Positions 38,230-50,855 of a DNA stretch of 64,000 nucleotides are shown piece after piece (position 1 is the stretch's first letter; every line of letters starts with the position of its first letter). Source of the DNA: Lama glama. Lineage: Eukaryota. The stretch lies in assembly GCA_028534125.1 (NCBI GenBank), contig CM052817.1, positions 29,328,001-29,392,000 on the forward strand. The letters run 5' to 3'. Position numbers and translations under genes: made by a program. The notes beneath the pieces are model-generated. The model searched no databases, was not told the DNA's origin, and saw only the letters and a program-made list of their open reading frames with translations.

Positions 38230-41200
38230 AGGCACACATAAAGAGAAACATAGAGGAATCAGAGTCCAAGCTTAATGTGCTTGAATTAGCTATCCCAGAA
38301 TTCTAAAATAGAATGCTATACTTCTGTTTTCAGAATAATTTTATTCTTCACCTAAAGTATTTTGGACTCTACCTACTCTAGCAATAAGTTTTGTCAGGAA
38401 TGGCGTTTTGGACTTGTGAGAATTAGAATCAAATGATGTTTCTGGAGTGCCAGTGTCACCACCTGTTGCCACCTTGCCCTTGGAAAACTACTTTATGATT
38501 ATAAACTTCTGTTTTCTAGTTTATAAAATCGAACACCAATTCCTCCTTCACTCTGAGCAGTGCACTTTCACTGGTGTCAAAGTAATTCTAGGAGAGCAGG
38601 ACAAGTTCACATCTATCTACTTAAATAGAAATATAAACACAGTACAAGGAGATTGTATTTGGAGTTCTTTTAAGTGTGTTTGTGCATTTATAATGTGTGC
38701 CTGCTCCTAGCTCATTAGTTGCAGAAGACAGAAATGTTGACTATGGAGAAATCATAACTTGCATAACATTGTTCTGTTGCTTTTCTTATGAATGATTATG
38801 TTATTGACCATCTGAACAAAGAGAGTGAGGTAGGGTGAAGTAGGAATTGTCAGTGGCTGCTTTACCTAAATTAACGACTAGGTCCTTTGGTATCACACAG
38901 GAGGAGCTGTATGTCCAATGTCACAAACATGGGGATGACTCCCATCGAGCACTTGCTCCTCTAACCTTTTCCTTTTGTGCTGCTTATCTGTGAGTGAACC
39001 CAAGACAGGCTTGGTCGTCATCTCCCTGCTTTCTGTTCTCTCTGTGCGGCTAGCACTGCAGCCACTGCCCTGGCTCTGCTGGACATTCTGCTCTCCCACC
39101 TACCGCTGGTGTGGGTGGATGGCTAGGGGACCTCTCCTTTGCTGTCTGTCTCCCTCTCTGATTCTGCACATACTGATGGAGAAGATTACAGTTATCTTTT
39201 GCATGAACCTGTTTGGGAAGTGAAATTTATGAAAGAACTTTGCCCTGTGATTCAGTTAAGGTTCCCTGGAAGGTCTGCATTTGGTTAAAGAGACAGATTC
39301 AGATAGTGATAAAATGCTGCTATGTTTTCCCTGACAAAATAGCCTTTGGGAACTTCCTGGGTTGGGGTTGCTCTGGTTTGATTCAGATCCCATAATCCTC
39401 CCTTTTTTTTCTTGACCTTATTGACATCTTATATCATTATAACCTCACCCTGGTTCCTGTCTTTTAGTTTTTCACTATCTTCCTTTTTCTTTACTTTTTT
39501 TTTTAAACCGTCTCCCCACACCATGTTGTTTTAAAACTCTTTATTCCCAGGGCTGCTGCACAGTCATAAATCGCAGACCTATGCCTCTAATTTTAAGAAG
39601 GGGCTAGTGGATCCCTCAGATAACTTCAGTTTCCAATTTCACTTCTTTTCCATTTCACCAATAAAAACACTTTTCTTAACTCAAGTTTGGTCAGCCAGAA
39701 GCATGGGTAATTACATATGCTACTTTTCCTTGAGCAGTCTCAGTTATACACGTTGTTCTGGAATAATTACTAATTCCTTTTTTCACTATAATTTTCCCTA
39801 GTTTGTACAAAAAATTATATGGTCTCCTAGCTTTGGACAAAGTGATTAGCTTAATTCACATTGTCTTATGAAAGACTAGAAATGTCATAACTCTTTGACA
39901 CAAAAAACTGTCTAGAAACTATTCTAATAGAAAGGCAAAAAAGATTGTATCTGATGTTTCGGTTAATCATTAAACAGAGTTTCTGGTGAAAATTTGAGTA
40001 GTAAAATTACAGACAATTTTAGGGGAAAATGTATTTATTATGTTTGATGTTTAGGAATAGGAAGTTGGATTTATATTCAATCCCAAACTTTTTCCTTGTC
40101 CATAAAGATACTGTAAGAACTCCAGATGATCATAAATGCTTCTTACAGGGGTTTGTCTTAGTTGAAGTTGCCACTGTGATGTTTAACACTTTCTTGCCTC
40201 TACCTGAGATGTCCTGGGACATACACAATGAATCATGCTCACTAGAAAAATCTGCACACTGATTTCTGGAAAACGGTCACGATTATTCATGTTATTATAG
40301 TGTGCTCCTTAGGCAGTGTCTTTGAACACCTACTACTTTAGACAAGCTTTTTGTTACTCACCTTCAACTGAGGCAAGGCATTATGTATTCTTACTTTTTA
40401 GACAAGAATCAGTTCTGATTAAGCAGAACCTCTTATGAGTATCAAGAATAATATTATATCCAGGTGAATAGCTATGTTTAATAAGTACATGGACAGAGGC
40501 ATAAATGTCACTAACAGTGGAAATATGTTCTACAAGTAAAGTTGTATTATATTCATTAAATGTTCATTTTTCTCATCCAGAATTCAGATAATCTGAAATG
40601 GCAAATATAGGAGCAACTTCTGTCCTCTACTTTTATGAGAATGGGATAGATGATGTTAAAAAGTAGGTATCAAATAATTCATTTGTTCTGTTTTATTATC
40701 CTTGAAGAAATCATCTGATTTCTTGTCACTTCTAAGCTTGTACTGTAAAATAAGAAATGATAGTCAAGAGGATAATCTTACAGCACTGAACTGTTTTAAA
40801 AGCATAAAATATTACTGAGAACTGAAAATACATAATTAATTAATACAGGAGATAAAATTTAATTGGAATATTTCCTGGCAAATAGTAAGAACTCCACAAA
40901 TGTAATGGAAAATAAAATCCTTTGTTTAAAAAATTTATAATCTAATAAAAAGACTTGGGAGAATATACAATACACTTGATGCAGAACAGAGTAAGTCCAG
41001 TCTTAAGAAATACCACTTCCCTTACCACAACCCCATTTACAGATTTCACCAAACATGTGATTCAAAGTCCAGTTTGTTACTCCTGTGTTTGTTGATAGTC
41101 CCTAGATGAGACAGGTTGATAAATAGCAAAGATTTCCTTTCTTTTCTTCTACCCAGTTCATGTCCAAGTATTATTTCTGTTATTCTTTCCCCTCTAAACC

Positions 41201-41879
41201 TTGTGAAATAACATAAACAGAAGGGATTCACTTAATTTTACTACAAACCCCGTTATTTCACAGGGATATCACATGCGTTACCAAAAAAAAAATAGAGTCC
41301 CAACATGTGATCTCAGCAGAATATCGGGGATATATGGAGACTTCCACTTGTTGGCTATTGCAACACAAAAAAGTCCATCATGGCACCTTGAGGTGTAACC
41401 AAAAACAGAAGAGTTGTGCCCTGAAGGCCAGGTGACAAGTGGAATTTTACTCTCTAATTCCCAAAAATTGGGGTGAGCAATTGGGGAGAATTTTTTTTCC
41501 TTTAGAATTAACCAGCTAGGTCTCCAAAAGACCCCTTTTGGATTCAGTGAGTCTGCTAAAGCAGGTGATAAAATTATTTTACCAATTGCCAGAAAGTAAT
41601 GAGCATGACAAAGCCAGTTTATTAGCACTGTCTCTTTTGTCACCCTAATTGGCATCATGAACTAGTAAATGTGTTGAGATTAAAACATAATCCAAAGGAT
41701 AGAAAAGGTTTTGGGAAAATGTACCCCTATTTTATATTTTGTGATGAAATGCTTTCCCAATATACCTTTAGGCTGAGTCCAACTAACTAAAGTACGGTTC
41801 AAGATAGATATATGATACTAGGAGATTATAATAGCAAATGGCAAGATTTTTAGTTGTGCTTATGTTTGAATACACGAAG

Positions 41880-42276
41880 GTTTTTAAAATTGAATTATTG
41901 TTGATTTACAATATTGTGTTAGTTTCAGGTATACAACATAGCAATTCAGTATTTTTGAAGATGACAATCCATTATAGGTTATTATAAGATAATGAGTGTA
42001 ATTCCCTGTGCTATATGGTATATTCGTGTTGCTTCTCTTTTTTATATACATAGTTGTTAATATCTGTTAACCCCATACCCTAATTTGTCCCTCCTCCACC
42101 CACCTCCCCTTTGGTAACCACAAGTTTATTTTCTATATCTGTGAGTCTGTTTTAGTTTTGCATATGCATTTATTGGCATTCTTTTTGAGATTCTGCATAT
42201 ACACATAGTATTCCCTAGGTCCATTCACATTGCTGCAAATGGCAATATTTCATTCTTTTTATGGCTTAGTAATATT

Positions 42277-42317
<41 letters not shown>

Positions 42318-42455
42318 ATATATATACACATATACATATGTCTCACATCTTCTTAATCTAATTGTCTGTTGATGGGCACTTGGGTGGCTTCCATATCTTG
42401 GCTGTTGTAAATAGTGCTGACATGAATACTGGGGTGCATGTACGTTTTCAAATTA
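41880..42455 (-). mobile_element. Cetartiodactyl-type L1 3' end with internal (TG)n (42280-42314)
   Basis: 'gttgatttacaatattgtgttagtttcaggtatacaacatag', 'ccctttggtaaccacaagttt' and 'ttggctgttgtaaatagtgctg'. Confidence 0.92.
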
Positions 42456-43292
42456 GTTCTTGATTTAGATTTTGAAATAGGCCTTGCAGCATACCATACT
42501 GGTTTAACATATAGTGTATTAGTACCAGAGACTTTCACTGGTGTCCAATCTGCTTCTTAAATTAATTGTTGACTTTGCTGAGAAGACGAGCATTTATCTT
42601 GTATCTAGGATATGTTTATAATGGTGCCCTTAAGGAATCTGCAACCCAGCTGGGAAGCAAAATGGATATGCGCAAAATAAGGAGAAAGCAGTTAAGGGCT
42701 GAACTTGAAGCACTGACTCAAATTGTGAAACTGATTCATAGAAAGAAGAGAAACAGGACGATTAGCTATAACATCAAAGAAATCTTTATAGGTAGTGGAA
42801 GATTTTAGTTATCTTGAAGAAGTTGAAGAGTTCTTGAAGAATGAGGTTTTAATAAATGAAAGATAATTAAAAGGAGTATTCAGGTAAGAATCACAGTATT
42901 TTCAAAGATCAGGGCAGGACTAATGATTAAGTGATGAGATAATGGTCTGGGAGTAAAAAAAAACTTATTTTTGCAGAAAGAAGGTAAATGAAGGAAACTT
43001 ACATTTTCTCAAATTGCCTTTAGAAATCTCAGATGACTTTATCAGAAATGCTCAGGAAGAAGGGCTAAGTATGTGAATTAAAATATGATATTATTCATAA
43101 TTTTGTTCTATTATCTATTTTGAGACCCAAAGCATAGATGAGGTTGTTAAAAAAAAAAAAGGCTATGTTCAGCTCAAAGCTTGACTGGTAGTATTGGTTA
43201 AGGGTGTTGATAGACTTTATTCACATTTGCTGTGAGACCACACATTCCTGCTATGTGGCCTGCGGATGGTCCTGTTCTTAACATACGTACAC

Positions 43293-43800
43293 AACACTTT
43301 TGGATGTGATTCCAAAAGCTTTTATTGAGCATTGTCAAATTTCTAAGCTTCACAGGAATATTTATATGGCCATTCTTTTTTTTTTTTCTCCTTTGGATTA
43401 TTCATCCTTCCCTGTCTTTTTTTTTTTTTTTAATTGAAGTATAGTAGATTTACAATGTTGTATTAGTTTCTGGTATACAGCATAGTTATTCGGTCATACA
43501 TACATATATATAGCCTTTTTCATAGTCTTTATTATAGGCTATTACAAGCATAATGCCCTTCTATATGTGGTGCCATACATGTGAAATTCTTGACCTTAAC
43601 ATCATCTTTGAAAATATTAAATTAGGAACTCTGTTAACTTACAGTTTATGAATTGGCATATTCATTACTCGAAGAGATTTGATTTTCAGCACAGTGCAAA
43701 GTTCTTTCCAATGCATATTTTTTTTCTAATTCCATTTTGGTTTAAAGCACATTTTAAATGTAGTTTTCTCATTTAGTAAAAGTTGTCTAATTGAAAAAAA
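43293..43800 (+). pseudogene. PPP1CB: 5'-truncated processed retrocopy of an mRNA 3' UTR, probably PPP1CB, interrupted by an L1 tip
   Basis: 'ttggatgtgattccaaaagcttttattgagcattgtcaaatt', 'ataatgcccttctatatgtg' and 'tttaaagcacattttaaatgtagttttctcatttagtaaaagttgtctaattg' match my recall of the distal PPP1CB 3' UTR; ends with an AGTAAA signal and a short A tail; not checked by search. Confidence 0.75.
43376..43548 (-). mobile_element. L1 3' tip (~115 bp) with two T tracts (possible 3' transduction)
   Basis: 'ttaattgaagtatagtagatttacaatgttgtattagtttctggtatacagcatag'; T tracts at ~43376-43387 and ~43417-43431 separated by 29 non-L1 bases. Confidence 0.85.
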
Positions 43801-44024
43801 GCCCATATTGTTGGAAGAATGCCTCATTCAATGCTTTCTGCTTTATCAAAGCATGCAGGTTTTCTCAAGCATAGTTTCTACAACAAAGATAAAGAAATTC
43901 TCCATTAGAGGTTATAAAACATTTCATCTTAAAATTCTTACGAATCAAATGGAATCTTATCAAAGACGCAAATCTATAAATCAGATAAACTGTAATAGTT
44001 AGTTTAGATGAAGCAGATAATCTT

Positions 44025-44225
44025 TGCCTAGTGCTAGGCTAAGTGCTTAACACACATGTACATTTCTAGTTTAAAATAACTTTCAGAAACCACTGTGAGG
44101 TAAATGTTATCATCTGTGTTTTTCCTGTGAAGAAATTGCCTTAGATTCTACATCCAGTAAGTGGCAAAGCCCAAATACAGACCCAAACTTACTTGAGTTA
44201 AAAACCTGCACTTTGAACCACTGTC
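44025..44225 (-). mobile_element. MIR
   Basis: 'gtgctaggctaagtgctt', 'ctgtgaggtaaatgttatcatc' and 'agtaagtggcaaagcc'. Confidence 0.7.
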
Positions 44226-45044
44226 TGAGGTCCTCTCCAGTAACAGAGGGGCGCCTCTGGAGTAGGCTGAAACTGAGAGTCAGGACATGCAGGCCTGCTG
44301 TGACCTTCTCTCACAAGAGGCAATTTTGCCATCCTTAGGAGAACCCAAAGGATTACACGGAGCACAACTTGAAAATCATGAGTTTGGTTATTTTGTTTGC
44401 AGTGATAGGACATTATTTCAGACAACTACTAAATTCCAAATCTTTATCCTTTTAAGTGTAATTTTGATATTAGCAAGAAAATCCAAATCTATCCTTAATT
44501 CAGAAATAAAAGTTTTTCAAAATTATTCCAAGGATTACTACTTATTGGAGTACAGATAGTTTTTATTAACCATGCTAGAGTATTGTTAGTAATTGGCTTG
44601 TTAAAACTCAGAATGTATGGTCCCATTCAAATAACGCTAATGGTTTCGTTAGGTCCCTTAATTTATACAAAGGCTATGATGTATGGGAAATGTGATTGGT
44701 ACTTAACATCATAACCTTATTTGTAAAGATGTTTTGTTGGGAAATGGTTTCAAATAAAATTTGGAATGCCCATAAACCATCTTCTTTCTGCCTTAACCCC
44801 TCTCTGTCTCCACATTACAAATGGATCACTGTTTGGGGGGTGTCTACGTTTGTCTGTATCCACTTCCCTTTTTCCTTTTGGCAGTGGGATCAGGATCTCT
44901 CCTTGCTGTGACAGTTTTGATTATTACTGTTACACAGAACAGTCAGGAAAATGTAGGATCAGGACTCTTGGATGGGGTGACTCTTCACTGAGAGTAAAGT
45001 TAGACATCAAGAGAGACAGAACTTTGTTGACTGTGTCCTTTTGG

Positions 45045-45462
45045 CAACACTGTCCAATAATAATACAATGCAAGTAACATACATACATTTAAATTTGATA
45101 GTAGCCACATTAAGGAAAAGTAAAGAAAAGAGTGCTACTAATCTTAATACATTTGGTTACCCCAATCTATCTAAAACATGACAGTTTCAACATGTAATCA
45201 ATGTTCAAATTATTACACATTTTTTTTTACATTATTTCACATTTTTTCTTAGTAAGCCTTCAAAATCTGTTCATTTTACACTAATAGCACATCTCAATTT
45301 GGACACTAAGTTTTCAGCGGTGAAAGTGCATTCAGAATTATGTTTAATGGGAAAATATTGTACACTATTTCAAGTTCAAATAAATTAAATTAAAATTTTA
45401 GATACTGAGTTGCACTAGCCACAGTGGCAGTGTTAAATAACCAAAGGCTAGTGGCTCCTGCA
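45045..45462. mobile_element. hAT-Charlie non-autonomous element (MER33/Charlie1-like)
   Basis: 'cactgtccaata', 'tagtagccacatta', 'tttcaacatgtaatcaat', 'tagcacatctcaatttggac' and 'gttgcactagccaca...ggctagtggct'. Confidence 0.85.
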
Positions 45463-46789
45463 GGGCTATAGGCTTAGGTCTCCTGGCTTTACCTATATCT
45501 TCCACAAAATTTTACTAGAAAATCCTTTTGGGGGGACTTTTCAGAGCTTTTCAAGCCATAAGTGTATAGACTTGTACGTTATTGTTGTTTATATTTTGTC
45601 AAAATGGAGGAAGAGAAAGTAGTAGCAATTGATAAATCCATATTTGAACATAATCTATTGGAGAAAGATGCATACTAGCTCATGGCTGGCTTGGCAGGAC
45701 ACTCCCTAATTACAAAGCATCTTAAGATATAAGAACTTACGGACGATCATATAGGACCTATTACAAAATATATTTTTTCAATTATTTCCCAATAAAAAGT
45801 AAATACAATTTTTTATGATATACCTGGAGGGTTCATGAATGCTTAGGCCAATACAGAACACACTGGGGACTTGGATGGTCTGTGCGCATCATGACTACAT
45901 AGGCATATGGCAGTCAGAGTAACGTGACACTCAAAGCAGTTATGTGCACTTACATAGAGCAAAAATAAACTGTAAACACAAATTTCAGCTTCCTGGAAAT
46001 TTGAGCCCTGGGCTTATTTTGCACCCTGGCTATTTTTGTGGCTGATGAAGTTAATGCAGTGGGTTATAATTAGACAGATAAAATTCTGTCTGCAGCGCAA
46101 GCACCTATTCAATAAATGTCTAGTCCAGACAGATGAGGTGCAAAAGCCAAGATGTGCCAGGTCACCAGCTTCCACAGGGTCTGATGGGTGTTGCTATGTG
46201 AACAGCACTCTGTCAGAATATACTTGGCTGAGGACAGTGACTGTTTCCTGTGAATAAGACACAGAGCTTACTGATACATTTGGAAGCTAACCCCAAATAA
46301 GATGACTGAAGGGAACTTGCACCGTTAAATGTTTTGTTAATGGGTGTCAACATGGATTTGATGAATTTGAGGGTATTTTAGCGTACACCTGCAGCAGATG
46401 GCCTGTGTTCTTCAGCTGCTCTTATGATTTAGCTACAAGTATTTTAAATCCCAGCTGTCAGCCCATAAGCACTGACCGTGAATGTTAAGATTCACAAGCA
46501 GCTTTGCCAGTGGCAAGAACACACTTGCTGGGGTCATCCTGTTGTGGGAAATATGACTCAGCTGACCTTTTCCTCTGGGTCACTTAAAGTTGCCAGAAGA
46601 AACTGTAAAAAGGAGGTGACTTGATCCATTTCTTGGTACTGCCAGAATCATGTATAGATCTCTCCTGAGACAAGAACTTTTGCAAAATCAATCAATAGAA
46701 CACTTTGGCACAGCCACTAAAGTAGTACTGATTTTAATCCTTTATATTTGCACAGGGCTTGGTCAGTCACAAAATATTTTTACATCCAT

Positions 46790-46892
46790 CATTTCATCTT
46801 ATTGCTAAAATATCCGTGAGAAGTAATAAGGGCTAAAGTGTTATTATTTCTATTTAATAATTGAAAACACTGAGGCTCAGAGAGGTGTAAGG
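46790..46892 (-). mobile_element. MIR core
   Basis: 'tgaaaacactgaggctcagagaggtgtaag'. Confidence 0.75.
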
Positions 46893-47159
46893 TAAGGTTT
46901 GTGTATGTGTAAATTGAAGAGGTCCAAAAGGGCATCTTGAATAAAATAATAGGAGAAATCAAACTGAAAAAATCCATTTGGGTCAAGAGCATAGCCTTCA
47001 AGAAATTTCTCTCATCTAGTGTTTATTTTCTTTAGCTTGACGTTTCTGCCTTCCTAATGTAATGCTATGAAATCAGCTTAAAGGAAAGCTCTAGAATGAG
47101 GGGATGAGAACCTCCCCTCCCCCTGACACACAAAAGTGAATCAGCCTATTTGAGACAGA

Positions 47160-47330
47160 GTGGCCATCAATATCCACTCTCTTCTTGTTTCTTAATAATG
47201 GATGCCTTGATTTTTAGCTGGCATGTGGCCATCCTGAAAAGAACAGTAATTCTCATCTTTCGTTGCACTAAGTTCTGGCAAAAGTGATGTGAGCCACTTC
47301 TCAAAAGTGTCTTTAGTGGAAATACATTAG
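47160..47330 (+). mobile_element. MLT1-family LTR fragment
   Basis: 'ccttgatttttagctggcatgtggcc' and 'actaagttctggcaaaagtgatgtgagc' resemble MLT1J. Confidence 0.55.
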
Positions 47331-48103
47331 TCAGTAAACAGAAGCCATTCTGTTCCTTCCAGACGTTAAATACATTAATGTGGAGAATATATACCTTAAA
47401 TAGAGAGTTTACCCCATAATGGAAAAGCAGGGCAATTACTAGGGAATCTCTTAGCTTGAAGTAACACATTGGGTAGTTCTTAAGAGTTTGCTGGAGATAC
47501 GCCCAAGTTATAAAGACTCTCTGGAAAGGTCCCACCAAGCATCTCCATCATCAGGAGCGAAGTAAGTTGTTCTGGGGCTCACTGGGAGGCAGCTGTGAGT
47601 CACACGCCTGACAACGTGTCAGCGCTAGTTTCCTCCACAGATTATTATCGCTCCTTTTTTCAGCTTCTCAATCTGAAGTTAGTGCTTCTTATTATTATAG
47701 AAGTCTAACCTCGAACCATTGGGAAAAGGATTTTAGGAAATGCGGTTCCTGACTTTTTCTTTTGTCTTGCAGAAAAACCCTAGAACAAGGCTGTGATGAG
47801 ATTGGTTTGTCAGTGGACAGTCCCACACAGCCCACCTCTTTGTTCAAAGCAGCATCTACAAATGGCACTCAACTCACATTTAACTTCCAGATACTGACAA
47901 TAACAACACCATACTGTGCTGACCACAGTGCAAGTCCTCTTACATAAAGGGGTCTGTGCGAAGTCCCACATGTCATTTATCCACCTCGAGATGATGCTCA
48001 TTGCTTTTTGGCTCACCCACTTTCCCTTCAGTGATCCTGAAGTATTGAATTGCAAGGTTAGCTATTATTAATACATTTAATGTTCAGTAGAAAGGGAATG
48101 TGA

Positions 48104-48251
48104 GGGGAGGAGGGTATAGCCCAGTGGTAGAGTACATGCCTAGCATGCACAAGGTCCTGGGTTCAATCCCCAGTACCTCCGTTAAAATAAATAAATAAAA
48201 ACCTAATTACCCCTCCACAAAAAAAGAATAAAAAACAAATATTTTTTTTAA
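48104..48251 (+). mobile_element. tRNA-derived SINE (camelid Vic-1-like) with 13-bp TSD
   Basis: TSD aaagggaatgtga at 48091-48103 and 48252-48264; A box tagcccagtgg (48117-48127), B box gttcaatcc (48161-48169); AT-rich tail. Confidence 0.95.
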
Positions 48252-48289
48252 AAAGGGAATGTGAAAAGAAAAAATGCAATTTATTTATT

Positions 48290-48377
<88 letters not shown>
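48290..48377 (+). repeat. Compound (TA)n(CT)n(CA)n microsatellite
   Basis: Directly visible. Confidence 0.97.
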
Positions 48378-48429
48378 TTACATCTGTGAATATGTACATG
48401 TCATGGTCACAAGTGAAGTATGTATGGCT

Positions 48430-49050
48430 ACTGTTGTCCTGCAGTCACACAGCTATGGTTCACATTTCGAACTGCTTTCTCTGACTTCTGTTTCCTTTGC
48501 TGTTACATTAGCTGGTCACAATTCTTTACGGGGATCTAAACCTATTGAAATATTTGTGGCATTCGTTATTCTGTATATATTTCATGGCCATAACTTTTCA
48601 TTACTTTTTTACTACTGGAACAGTGGTGCTCCGAATATTATCCTGGGCTCAAGATATACCCCTCCATTACCCCATATGTGGTAGCAACTCTATCTCCTCT
48701 TGATGACCAGAAATAATCACCCCAGCCAGAACAGGAAGTTCCTGGAGATTTAGTGGTGTGAGGAGTCCAAAGTGGCTTAGTAGAAATTTCACCTTTCAGT
48801 TCAAAGGAACTTTAATTTTATCCCCTGGAAGATAAAAACCTCTTTGGAGAACTCAAATCTCTAAAGCTGGCAGAATTGTAGTGAGATGAAGCCACCCTCT
48901 TCGTAGCTGATCATTAAAGACACTAGCAGTGGAGCCAATCCCTACCTCTTGATTCCCAGATTCAGGAATCCTTACTGAGGGGGAAGGTGGTAAATATATT
49001 GTTGCTGATTTCAGAGCATGTGGGTGTTACCAGCTGTCACTGAGTCTTCA
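48430..49050 (-). mobile_element. ERVL/MaLR internal remnant (integrase C-terminus and dUTPase-like region)
   Basis: Minus-strand translations RIPESGNQEV (48943-48972) and LPGDKIKVPLN*KVKFLLSHFGLLTPL (~48752-48832) resemble ERVL RIHGSRNQGV and PPGDTTTIPLNWKLRLPPGHFGLL as recalled. Confidence 0.8.
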
Positions 49051-49288
49051 GTCCTCAAGAGACAGTTCCTGTTGTCTAATGTATTATTACTTTAGCTTTT
49101 TTGGGTCAGTTTTATGCAAAACTACTGTTAACTTATGCATCAATGCTAATGGCGTTTATATCTTTAAAATTTTAGTGCTCCTTTGTGTTTTCAAACAAAA
49201 CCCCATAGGAAATATTTTTAAATTTCTAAATGAGAACTTCTTATCAGTTTTATGTGTGTTATCAGTGTGGCGAAGGGTAAAAAAAGGC

Positions 49289-49343
49289 ATTATTATTATT
49301 ATTATTATATTGTATTATTATTATTATTATTATTATCATCATC
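49289..49343 (+). repeat. (ATT)n/(ATC)n microsatellite
   Basis: Directly visible; source of poly-I/Y/N ORFs. Confidence 0.95.
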
Positions 49344-49724
49344 ACTTAGAATATTTTTCAAATTACACATCTCTAAGTAGTATATTTCCCTCTCCATCCT
49401 GACAAGCCTTGGAAAACGACATGGAGTAGCATGCACAGTTATGTACCAGCCCCACTGAGAGAGAAAGCACAGAGAAAGAAGACAGTAAAAGCAGACGGGG
49501 ATTATAAGAAAATTCTCCTGCTGTACACTTAAACACCAGTCACCACCCTCTTTAAGAGCCAGGGGCATACATATTCATTGCTGTCTCACTCACTATTATT
49601 ATCCAAGCCCATATCCATGATTTCAGAATCATGTCTGTGTTTGAATCTACAATCCTGACCTTTTCTTACAAGATTCAATCTTTCCATCCGCTTCCTAGAC
49701 ATAACTAGCCTTTGAATATTCACT

Positions 49725-49830
49725 GTAATGCGCTTCAGAGGTTATTGTGAAGATACCATGACTCAGTAATTAATAAGAGTGCTTTGCGCAGTGCCGAGCA
49801 CATAGCAAGTATTCAGTAAGTCCTGGTTAA
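49725..49830 (+). mobile_element. MIR 3' portion
   Basis: 'cagagggttattgtgaagat' and 'cagtgccgagcacatagcaagtattcagtaa'. Confidence 0.75.
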
Positions 49831-50194
49831 AATATTGCTAATGGTGTATGCAGTGCCTTCAGATACTATTGTCAAAACTCCTGGACATTTTTGAACACTT
49901 ATTTAATGCACATCCAAAATTTGCCACTTTATCCTTTTAGATAGAAGCCATTTACCCACCTATGCAGTATTTGCCATTATGTAAATTGAAGTTAGCAGTT
50001 CTTGGGTAAACACTCATATTTGGGTCATACTGCCTTGAAGGGTGATGAGGACATTGCATGTCCCATGCAATCATGTTTTTATCACTTATTTTCTATGCAC
50101 TATAGAAATAGCAAACCATACTTGAAATATGAGAGGTCAGAACTGAGTCTCTTTTAATCACATGCTCCAAGCAGACGTGTGTTAAATTGACATA

Positions 50195-50342
50195 ACAATA
50201 GTTAACATTATCAGTTCCTGCTGTGTATCAGGCTCTGTTCAGATCATTTTAATATGTTTGCTCATTTTATACTCTGATTACCTGTATGAGATAGGTAATA
50301 TTATTATTCCCATTTCACAGGTGAGGAATCCACAGCACAGGT
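50195..50342 (-). mobile_element. MIR truncated by an LTR
   Basis: 'tatgagataggtaatattattattcccatttcacaggtgaggaa'. Confidence 0.8.
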
Positions 50343-50855
50343 TGTGTCAGTTGGTTTCTATTGTATAACAGATTACCTCAAGACGTGGTGCCTCATTGCC
50401 ATAGCCATTTATGTAGCTCATGATTCTGTGGGTCAGTAAATTGGTCTGGGCTCAGTTGGGCAGTTCTTTTGTCATGGCTGGGCCCCCTTAATTCTTTTGC
50501 AGTTACACCTCAGATAAAGTATAGATAGTTTGGAGGTCTCTGCTTCTGGGGGTTGAGTAGATGTTGGCTGGGGTGACAGTGTGACTAGGTCATGTGTCTC
50601 TCATCATCCAGCAGATGACTCTAGGCTTGTCACATGCTAGCTTGGTAGCAAGGAAGACAGCAAGGCCTAAATTCAGAAATGGCACAATTCTAATTCTACT
50701 GCACTCTATTGGTTAAGGCAAATCATAGTTCCAGCCAAGATTCAAGGGATGAGATGATACACCCCATACTTGATGAGAGGAGATACAAAGATACACTGTA
50801 ATGGGCTGTGGATACTGGGAGCAGTGTCGTGGCCATATGTGCTATGTGGCATCCA
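50343..50855 (-). mobile_element. MaLR solo LTR (MLT1G/MLT1H-like)
   Basis: 'gctcatgattctgtgggtcag', 'gggctcagttgggcagttct', 'tgtgtctctcatcatccagcag' and 'ctattggttaaggcaaatca'. Confidence 0.85.

Noticed and set aside
41278..41658. 126-aa minus-strand ORF
   Set aside because: No recognisable homology, and no promoter or splice context to support it
48104..48180. tRNA gene
   Set aside because: Has a SINE body, AT-rich tail and TSD, and is repeated three times in the window; it is a SINE head
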